DNA of 64,000 nucleotides from an uncultured Planctomycetota bacterium (GTDB lineage Bacteria; Planctomycetota; Planctomycetia; Gemmatales; Gemmataceae): NCBI GenBank assembly GCA_963849325.1, contig CAWKHF010000006.1, positions 704,001 to 768,000 of the forward strand, read 5' to 3'. Shown piece by piece: positions 56,831 to 64,000 of this stretch (position 1 is its first letter; each line of letters starts with the position of its first letter). The notes under the pieces were generated by a model. It saw only the letters and a program-made list of their open reading frames with translations, ran no database searches and was not told where the DNA came from. The position numbers and the translations under genes were made by a program.

Positions 56831-57790
56831 ATGACCCTCCTCTATTCCGACTCGCTTTTCCTCCAGCACGAGACCGGCCCTCACCCCGAGACCGCGGATC
56901 GTCTGCGCGTCGTCACGGCCCGCCTGGAGAAGGCCGGTCTGCCGGCGCGCTGCCGTCCGGCGCGTATCAACCGATGACCGAGGAGGCGGTGGTACGGCTG
57001 CACGCGCCGCGAATGGTACGCCGCGTCGCGGAGTTGGCGGCCAACGGCGGCGGCCGACTCGATCCCGACACGGTCGTTTCTCCGGACTCGTTCGCCGTCG
57101 CCCTGGCGGCGGCGGGCGCTGCGCGGCCGCGGTCGATGCCGTCGTGCGCGGCGAGGATGTCAACGCCCTGTGCCTGGTTCGCCCCCCCGGCCATCACGCC
57201 ACGCCGACGCGCAGCATGGGCTTCTGCCTGTTCAACAACATCGCCCTCGCCGCCCACCACGCCCTGACGGCGCACCAGTTCGACCGCGTACTCCTGGTGG
57301 ACTGGGACGTGCATCACGGCAACGGCACACAGGACGTTTTCTACGAAGATCCGCGTGTGATGTTCTTCAGCATCCATCGCTTCGGCATGGGCTTCTACCC
57401 CGGAACCGGCGATGCCGACGAAACCGGCGCGGCGCGGGGCTGGGCTACACGCGGAACGTCCCCATTCGCTATCCCACGGCACACCGGGATTACGAAGTGC
57501 GGCGCGAGTATCAGGCCGCCTTCCGCAGTGCCCTGGAGAAAGCGGCGGACAAGATCAAGCCGCAGCTCGTGCTGGTCAGCGCCGGCTTCGATGCTCACGC
57601 CCTCGATCCGATCGGCTCGCTTGGATTGGAGGTCGAGGACTTCGTTTGGCTGACGCGGCAAGTGCTGGAAGTGGCCCGGACGCACTGCGGCGGCCGTTTG
57701 GTGAGTTGCCTGGAGGGCGGCTACAATTTGGATGTGCTGGCGGAGTCCGTGCAGGCGCATTTGGAGGAACTGCTTTCCGCATCCCGCTAA
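56831..57790 (+). CDS. Histone-deacetylase family amidohydrolase (several indels)
   Basis: HPET..RL, RPPGHHA, MGFCLFNN, DWDVHHGNGTQ, SAGFDAH, LEGGY. Confidence 0.92.
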
Positions 57791-57809
57791 TTCTTCGGAG
57801 GGTCTGCCC

Positions 57810-58412
57810 ATGTCCGCCGTCATCACGCCGTCTCCGCAAGTTCTCTCTTCCTCAGGGCCGGTCCCACGGCGCTGGACGCGCGAGGAATATTACCGTATGG
57901 GGGAGATGGGTCTATTCCACGGCCAGCGCGTCGAGCTGATCGAAGGAGAGATCATGGTCCTCAGTCCGCAAAACTGGCCGCACTCCTCCACAGTTGATCG
58001 CGTGGCTGAGGCACTCCGTCGTGACCTGGGGGCTGGTTTCTGGGTGCGTACGCAGTTCCCGTTGAACCTCGGCACCTCCGACCCCGAACCGGACGTGTCG
58101 GTCGTTCTCGGCCGGCGCGAAGACTATAACGATCACCCCACGACGGCCGTGCTGATCGTCGAGGTATCCGAAAGCAGCTTGAGCTACGATCGCACGCGCA
58201 AGGCCAGCCTCTACGCCCGCGCGGGCATCGCCGATTACTGGATCGTCAACCTCGTGAACAAGCAGGTCGAAGTGTACCGCGATCCGCGGCCCGACTCGTC
58301 GCAGTTCTACGGCCACGGCTATGCCAGCGTCGCGGTCCTCGTCCCGCCCGCCGTGGTGAATCCGCTGGCCGCCCCGCAGGTTTCGCTCGCCGTGGCCGAT
58401 CTCTTGCCGTAA
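57810..58412 (+). CDS. Uma2/DUF820 family endonuclease
   Basis: ELIEGEI, PEPD, LIVEVS, LYARAGIADYWIVNL. Confidence 0.9.
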   Translation: MSAVITPSPQVLSSSGPVPRRWTREEYYRMGEMGLFHGQRVELIEGEIMVLSPQNWPHSSTVDRVAEALRRDLGAGFWVRTQFPLNLGTSDPEPDVSVVLGRREDYNDHPTTAVLIVEVSESSLSYDRTRKASLYARAGIADYWIVNLVNKQVEVYRDPRPDSSQFYGHGYASVAVLVPPAVVNPLAAPQVSLAVADLLP

Positions 58413-58459
58413 CATCGACAGTGCCTCTCCCGCCCGCGACGTCGGACACGGAACCTGCC

Positions 58460-58807
58460 ATGAAACTCATTCTCGCCATCATCCAGCCGTCGAAGTTGGA
58501 AGCCGTCAAGGAAGCCCTCAACCAGGTCGAGGTCTTCCGTCTGACCATCGTGGACGTGCAGGGATTCGGCCGGCAGAAGGGCCATTCGGAGGTCTACCGC
58601 GGCCACGAATTGACGGTGAACCTGCTGCGCAAGGTGCAGCTGCAAATCGCCGTCAACGAGGACTTCGTCGAGCCGACCGTCAACGCCATCATGGAGGCGG
58701 GCCGCACCGGGCCGGAGGGCCGCATCGGCGACGGCAAAATCTTCATCCTGCCGCTGGAGGACTGCATCCGCATCCGCACCGGCGAACGCGGACCGGAAGC
58801 GATCTAA
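58460..58807 (+). CDS. glnB: P-II nitrogen regulatory protein (GlnB/GlnK family)
   Basis: MKLILAIIQP, GFGRQKG, YRG, GDGKIF, IRIRTGE. Confidence 0.93.
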   Translation: MKLILAIIQPSKLEAVKEALNQVEVFRLTIVDVQGFGRQKGHSEVYRGHELTVNLLRKVQLQIAVNEDFVEPTVNAIMEAGRTGPEGRIGDGKIFILPLEDCIRIRTGERGPEAI

Positions 58808-58809
58808 CC

Positions 58810-59385
58810 ATGCGAATTCAGAAGGTCGAGCAGCTTACCAACGAGAAGTGGCTGAACCTGTTCGCGGCCACGTTCGAGCACCAGGGCCACATTGGCCGCT
58901 GGGTGTTCGCCTCGCGCAAGGCCCGGCCGCACGGCGGCGCCGGCGGCGACGCCGTCCTCATCGTGCCGATCCTGCGCACGCCCGGCGAGCCGCCGCGCCT
59001 GGTGATGGTCAAGGAGTTCCGCGTGCCGGTCGGCGATTACATTTATGCGTTCCCGGCCGGCCTTCTCGAAGCCGGCGAGAGCATCGAGGACACGGCTCGC
59101 CGCGAGCTGCGCGAAGAGACCGGCCTGGAGGTCGTCGCCGTCCAGCGCGTCACGCAGCCGTTGTACTCGTCGAGCGGCCTGACGGACGAAGCGGTGGCGA
59201 TGGCCTTCGTCGAGGCGCGGGCGACGCCGGATACGCCGCCGAAGCTGGATGCGTCGGAAGACCTGCAAGTGGTCCTGCTCGATTTCGCCGCCGTCTGTCG
59301 GCTGTGCGACGACTCGACGGCACGCATCGACGCCAAGGCGTGGGCGACGCTGTACCTGTATCAGCAGATGGGACGACTGATTTGA
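58810..59385 (+). CDS. NUDIX hydrolase (ADP-ribose pyrophosphatase-like)
   Basis: PAGLLEAGES..ARRELREETG Nudix box. Confidence 0.9.
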   Translation: MRIQKVEQLTNEKWLNLFAATFEHQGHIGRWVFASRKARPHGGAGGDAVLIVPILRTPGEPPRLVMVKEFRVPVGDYIYAFPAGLLEAGESIEDTARRELREETGLEVVAVQRVTQPLYSSSGLTDEAVAMAFVEARATPDTPPKLDASEDLQVVLLDFAAVCRLCDDSTARIDAKAWATLYLYQQMGRLI

Positions 59386-59414
59386 CGCCGCTATCGGCTT
59401 CGGAGGGAGGCGAC

Positions 59415-59798
59415 ATGCCGTCGGGATTGTTGTTGTGCGATGATCTGCTGTTTGCCAGCCGCATCACCGGCGAGGCCCGCGCCCTGGGCCTGACGGTGAC
59501 GCCGGCTCGCTCGGTCGATCAACTCGTCGAGTTGGCGCGGCAGCAAGCGCCGTCCTGCGTCGTGGTCGATCTAGCCTGTCCGGGGCTGGTGCTGGATGAT
59601 CTGTTCCGCCGCCTCGGCGATGTGTGCAGTCCGACGCCGCGGGTGGTGGCGTATGGCTCGCATGTCGATGCGGCCGGCCTGCGAGCGGCGCGGTCGGCCG
59701 GCTGCGATCCGGTACTGCCGCGCAGCAAATTCGTTGAAGAACTGCCGCGAGCGCTGCCGCAGTGGCTGGCCGAGGCGCCCTCCGGGTCGGGAGCCTGA
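59415..59798 (+). CDS. Receiver-like single-domain protein
   Basis: CDDLLFASRI, VVVDL, YGSHV, VLPRSKF. Confidence 0.7.
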   Translation: MPSGLLLCDDLLFASRITGEARALGLTVTPARSVDQLVELARQQAPSCVVVDLACPGLVLDDLFRRLGDVCSPTPRVVAYGSHVDAAGLRAARSAGCDPVLPRSKFVEELPRALPQWLAEAPSGSGA

Positions 59799-59886
59799 TG
59801 TGGCCTCGGATTTCTCCTGGTTTCCTTGCGGGCCGGAGGATGGTATACTGTCCGGTGTGAGACGACTTCGCCCTTGGAGGTGAGCC

Positions 59887-60182
59887 ATGATCGACGATGT
59901 TCCGCCCCTCGTCGCAGCCGCGCAGGTGGAGGCGCCGTCTCCGGTGCTGCCGCCCGCCGGCGAGTCCAACCTGCCCGCGCCCACGGTCGAGCAGGCACTG
60001 CGCCGCCGATCACGTCTTCACCGCCTCGACGCAGCGTCATCCCCTTTCAACCTTGCTGGGCGTATGTACGAGCATCGCGCTGCTGCGTGATGTCGCCGTC
60101 GATACCTTCGAGAACGTCCGAGGAGGATGAACGGCCGGAGCGGAAGCCCCACGAGGATGAAGACGCGGACGGCGCGGATTAA
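59887..60182 (+). CDS. Hypothetical protein (indels)
   Basis: GGAGG-ATG; a coherent protein can be stitched across ORFs 59887, 59897 and 59826. Confidence 0.5.
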
Positions 60183-60346
60183 ATCGACATCCGCCCCTGC
60201 CACCTTGCCAAAAGCTCGAACCCCGTGGCAGGGTGGGGTGGATGACTTAACACATCTCCCATCTTGGGATTATGGGTTGGCGAAAGAGTATCCTTGCCAC
60301 GTTGCCGGGGTCTCAAGGCGACCCGTTTGATCGTGCGGCGCTACTA

Positions 60347-60949
60347 CTAATTGCTGCGCTCAACGACGGAGACCTTGATCTCGTTGCTCCTAATCTCGAC
60401 CTTGGGCACCTGTCTGAGCAGACCAACCAGCTTATCGTTTTCAGCGTCGCCGAACCAAGCGTCCATGTTGTTGCTGTTGGTAGAGTAGAAAAACCGGATG
60501 CGATACTCGCCGGTTGTCCGAAAAGTGCGTGAATTGAGCTGGGAGGCGAAGAAGAATCCATGATCGCCGATCTGTTGGTAGGGATCGAATGTCCTGCCCG
60601 GCGACACCTTGACGAAATTCTTCTCTCGCAGTTCGCTCACGTTCCCACACCCCTTGCCTCCCTCAGCAGCCGACTTTCCGTCAGGTCCAATCACCTCAAA
60701 ATAGCAGAGCGGATAACGCCACTTGCAGTCCGAGGCGTCGAGGCTCCCGACGAGATAGATGTCTGCGTTGGTCTGATTGGTTATGGCAACCGTGATCTTG
60801 GGCACCTTACCCAATTCACAGGTTCGCTCACCACGGATAGTACAACCCAACGGCTCGATTTGCTCAGCTGCCTTTCGATCGGGTATGTTATAAACGCATC
60901 CAGAGCCGAGGAGCGATAGAGCCGCCAAAAACACAAACGAAGTGCGCAT
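60347..60949 (-). CDS. Hypothetical lipoprotein
   Basis: Hydrophobic leader with LGSGC lipobox; about 200-aa ORF. Confidence 0.7.
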   Translation of the reverse strand: MRTSFVFLAALSLLGSGCVYNIPDRKAAEQIEPLGCTIRGERTCELGKVPKITVAITNQTNADIYLVGSLDASDCKWRYPLCYFEVIGPDGKSAAEGGKGCGNVSELREKNFVKVSPGRTFDPYQQIGDHGFFFASQLNSRTFRTTGEYRIRFFYSTNSNNMDAWFGDAENDKLVGLLRQVPKVEIRSNEIKVSVVERSN

Positions 60950-60988
60950 GAGGCTCACCTCTCGCCAAATGACCAGCCGCCTCGTTTC

Positions 60989-61642
60989 CTACCGTTGCTG
61001 CGTGGATGGTGCCGCTGGCCGACTCTTTGTCTGGGCTTTGACGCGGGCCTCGTCCAACCGTCGCTTCAGTTCGTCCCGGCACTTCTTGACGTGCTGGCGG
61101 AATTCGACCTTATCGCGGTAAGTGACGCCGCGCAGCCATGCGTCCATCGCCACCACTTCCCGCGAGCCGCCGATGGCGGCCAGCGTCCTCGCCGCCGCGT
61201 AGCGAACCGAGACGTCCTCGTCCGATAGCAGGGCGACCGCCGGGGACGCCTCCACAGAACTGCCAATATCCTTCAGCAGAATCAGCGCGTCCGCCCGGAT
61301 CCCGGGGTCTGCGTGCGTCAGGTGGGTGACGGCGTACTCGCGGAAGCGGCGAGCACCCGGTTTCTCTCCATCGATTAGAAGGTAAACTTTGGTGACCGCC
61401 TCTGGAGTCACCTTAGGGTCTGAGAGGATTGCCTCGTATATCGGATACGCCTTCTCACCCACACGGAGCAAATAATGGTATTTCTTCAACTCCTCCGGAT
61501 CATCTAAACAGCCCCAGCAGAGCGCCTCACGAATTTGCCGCTCCTCCTCCATGGTGAGAGGAGGGGCCGCAGCGATCGCCGCATCGCTGAAAGCGAGCGC
61601 CATGAAACAAGCGAACACCAAATGTCTGGAACACAGTCGCAT
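60989..61642 (-). CDS. Exported HEAT-repeat protein (paralog 2)
   Basis: Signal peptide; LLSDEDVSVRYAAARTLAAIG. Confidence 0.8.
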   Translation of the reverse strand: MRLCSRHLVFACFMALAFSDAAIAAAPPLTMEEERQIREALCWGCLDDPEELKKYHYLLRVGEKAYPIYEAILSDPKVTPEAVTKVYLLIDGEKPGARRFREYAVTHLTHADPGIRADALILLKDIGSSVEASPAVALLSDEDVSVRYAAARTLAAIGGSREVVAMDAWLRGVTYRDKVEFRQHVKKCRDELKRRLDEARVKAQTKSRPAAPSTQQR

Positions 61643-61724
61643 GGCGAGTCCTCCGTTGAGAATGCCGCGCCCTGAAGTGACAGATATAGAAAGGGATGGT
61701 GCCAGCCAACCTTCGCACCGTTAC

Positions 61725-62375
61725 TTACCGTTGCTGCGCGGACGGTGCCGCTGGCCGACTCTTTGGCTGGGCTTTGACGCGGGCCTCGTCTAACCGCTTC
61801 TTCAGTTTGTCGCGGCACTCCTGGACGTGCTCTCGGAGTTTGGCATTATCGGGGTAGCTAGCACCGATCAGCCATACGTCCATCGCCACCACTTCCCGCG
61901 AGCCGCCGATGGCAGCGAGCGACCTCGCGGCGGCCTGCACAATTGGCGTTTCTTTGTCCGATAGGAGGGCAACTACTGGCGAGGCATCCGCAGGGCTACC
62001 GATCTGCCCCAGCAGAGTCACCGCATTGAACCGTATACTGAATTCTGCCTCAGTCAACCGAGAGATAGCGTGCCTGAGGAAACGGCGCCGGTCCATTTTC
62101 AAGTTGCAGAGTACAAGAAGAACGCGAGCCACCTCCTCAGACTCCACCTTGGGGTCCGAAAGGATGGCTTCGTAGACCGGGAACGCCTTCCCCCCCATCT
62201 GGGTCAAATAGTCCCATTTCTTCTCCACGTCCCCCTCAGCTAAAATATTCCAGTGTAACGCCTCACGAATTTGCCGCTCCTCCTTCACATTGAGAGGAGG
62301 AGCGGCAATCACCCTGCCGTCGAACGCGAGCACCGTGAAGACGACGAACATCAATAATCGGGAACGCGATCGCAT
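61725..62375 (-). CDS. Exported HEAT-repeat protein (paralog 1)
   Basis: AAGGAG RBS; signal peptide; LLSDKETPIVQAAARSLAAIG; shares DNA blocks with paralog 2. Confidence 0.8.
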   Translation of the reverse strand: MRSRSRLLMFVVFTVLAFDGRVIAAPPLNVKEERQIREALHWNILAEGDVEKKWDYLTQMGGKAFPVYEAILSDPKVESEEVARVLLVLCNLKMDRRRFLRHAISRLTEAEFSIRFNAVTLLGQIGSPADASPVVALLSDKETPIVQAAARSLAAIGGSREVVAMDVWLIGASYPDNAKLREHVQECRDKLKKRLDEARVKAQPKSRPAAPSAQQR

Positions 62376-62465
62376 GTTGAATTCTCCTTGGAAAATGACG
62401 CACCCGAGAGGCAGGGCGAACAAATGTTCCGATCGCTAATCACAGCGTCTCCCGGTTCTTGTCGG

Positions 62466-64000
62466 TCACTGCGTGGGCGGATTCGACGCCAGTTTGGACT
62501 TGAGCATAGCCTTGGCCTCGCCATCGGGAATACGCCGCGAATCCGTGACTTCACCATCATCCTGAGGTAAGCCGCGGACCATGAGGTTGACAATGCGACT
62601 GTCATGCTTCCCGTTGTTAAACAGGATGTGCCCAACTTCGTGAGCCAAGGTCTGATATTTCTCGAAATTCGCGCTGATGATGATGCTGTTCGCATACTGG
62701 GCTGGCACGAGCGAAGCCGGGAAGGATTCGCCGAGGCCGTCTTTAATAGGATCACCTTTTCCATCTACAAAATTGTTAACATAATACACCTCGATGACGC
62801 CTTTGGCGTTGGACCGAAGCTGAGCTGCTCCCAGCAGATTTCTTTCTGCCGTCGTCATCGGGATCCCGCCTCCAGAGTCCCAATTGGCACCGAAAACGAA
62901 GTGCGTTAAAATACCCTTGCTGATATTCGCTTTGGCGAGCGGGTCCACGATCTGGGCTGACGCCTTCAATTGAATGCCAGCCTGAGCATAAATCGCGTTC
63001 GCCCATAACAAATCATGTACCACCTGGGTTGCCGAGGCCGCCGGCTTGCCCTTGGCGACACTTAGGATGTTGACGTGCAGCTTGACTACCTTCTGGACCG
63101 GCACGGTGGCCTTGGCCTTCTCCTCTCCATAAGAGGCGCTGACCGCATCGCCGAGCAGGACGTTCAAAGCCCGGCCATCCCCGGCCTGTTTATCGACCGA
63201 GACAGACGTCAGCAGTAGCGATCTGGAACGGAACAGGCCGGTGTTGACACCCGTTTCCGTCAGCGTGATGTCATCGCCGAGGTCGCTGCTAGTATCGACA
63301 TAGACCTGGATCGTATCCTTCTGGCCTCTGTTCTTGTTCGCCATCGGATCCTTCACCTGCACATAAAAGTGATCTGGATCCAGAGAAATGAAATCGCCCC
63401 TCTTCAACTGCATGTTCCTCCCTACTCCCAGGAAAGCGTTCGTCCACTTCCCAACATGGAGCGTGTTCACCGAACTGAGCTGAGGACCGAGACCCTTGTC
63501 GACGTTTGCGAGGAATTGGATGATAGGCTTGCCGTTCGCTTCCTCAGGCTTTCGGGCAGCCGGTTTCTGCACGCGCCAGCCTTGCGAGATCTGCACGGTG
63601 ATGGTGTACCAGCCGTTGGCCGCGTAGGTATGGCTGCCCAGCACCTGGAACAAGCCGCCGCCACCCTGTACCACCCCCGTCGTGTCCAGCGGCGTGCCGT
63701 CGCCCCAATCGATCTGCGCCGTGAATTCACTGGCCGCATCGCTGGCGTCCGGATCGGTGAACGTCGCCACCTGCACATTATTCAAGGTCAGGCTCTTGCT
63801 GATGTCCTGATCGGCCACCGTCAGCGACAGCGGCGGGCGCACCACCGTCACCGGCGTGCTGTACGTCAGCGTATTGTTGTGCTCGCCGCCCTTGACCGTC
63901 ACCGTCACCGCATAGGTTCCGCCCGGCTGATCGAGACTATCGTTTGCATACTTGTGACTGCCCTGCACCGAGAACGAGCCATATCCGCCTGTCACTGTGC
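62466..64000 (-). CDS. 3' part of a large Ig/PKD-repeat protein with C-terminal zincin metalloprotease domain
   Basis: VATFTDPD..IDWGDG..GSHTY repeats; LAHEVGHIL..H..NLM. The frame stays open to the window edge. Confidence 0.8.
   Translation of the reverse strand, partial: TVTGGYGSFSVQGSHKYANDSLDQPGGTYAVTVTVKGGEHNNTLTYSTPVTVVRPPLSLTVADQDISKSLTLNNVQVATFTDPDASDAASEFTAQIDWGDGTPLDTTGVVQGGGGLFQVLGSHTYAANGWYTITVQISQGWRVQKPAARKPEEANGKPIIQFLANVDKGLGPQLSSVNTLHVGKWTNAFLGVGRNMQLKRGDFISLDPDHFYVQVKDPMANKNRGQKDTIQVYVDTSSDLGDDITLTETGVNTGLFRSRSLLLTSVSVDKQAGDGRALNVLLGDAVSASYGEEKAKATVPVQKVVKLHVNILSVAKGKPAASATQVVHDLLWANAIYAQAGIQLKASAQIVDPLAKANISKGILTHFVFGANWDSGGGIPMTTAERNLLGAAQLRSNAKGVIEVYYVNNFVDGKGDPIKDGLGESFPASLVPAQYANSIIISANFEKYQTLAHEVGHILFNNGKHDSRIVNLMVRGLPQDDGEVTDSRRIPDGEAKAMLKSKLASNPPTQ

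Overview
High-GC bacterial DNA, very probably Planctomycetota and Gemmataceae-like. The basis is DUF1559 prepilin, DUF1592/DUF1552/DUF1501 genes, a LEPR-XLL-type leader, ZAS-kinase/ECF pairs and many REP-like palindromes. Many unrelated genes carry single-base indels, most likely uncorrected long-read errors, so several CDS below were stitched across frames by hand. Main blocks: (1) 1-12.9 kb, three tandem ECF sigma / zinc-finger Ser-Thr kinase pairs with conserved kinase cores and variable extracytoplasmic domains, plus a stand-alone copy of that domain. (2) 13-28 kb, hydrolases, DUF1501 and DUF1592-DUF1552-ankyrin cytochrome clusters, and a trypsin-like protease. (3) 28.4-38.4 kb, a PQQ module: pqqABCDE (pqqA missed by the ORF track), a lipoprotein PQQ alcohol dehydrogenase with the lanthanide-type D-Y-D motif, a triple XoxJ/MxaJ-like binding protein and a diheme cytochrome c, interrupted by an HNH/RusA-like insert. 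(4) 38.6-60 kb, mixed genes: SDR, PHP-like hydrolase, two TA pairs, LuxR, STAS, kinase-UrtA fusion, a second DUF1592/DUF1552 pair, DUF1080, a Gly-rich surface protein, HDAC, Uma2, P-II and NUDIX. (5) 60.3-64 kb, the 3' end of an Ig-repeat protein with a C-terminal HExxH protease domain, followed by duplicated exported HEAT-repeat genes (polymorphic toxin/immunity-like). Non-coding DNA holds several REP families, two MITEs inserted inside REPs, and palindromes translated as parts of proteins. No rRNA, tRNA or credible CRISPR-Cas was seen. All family names come from motif recognition, not database searches.
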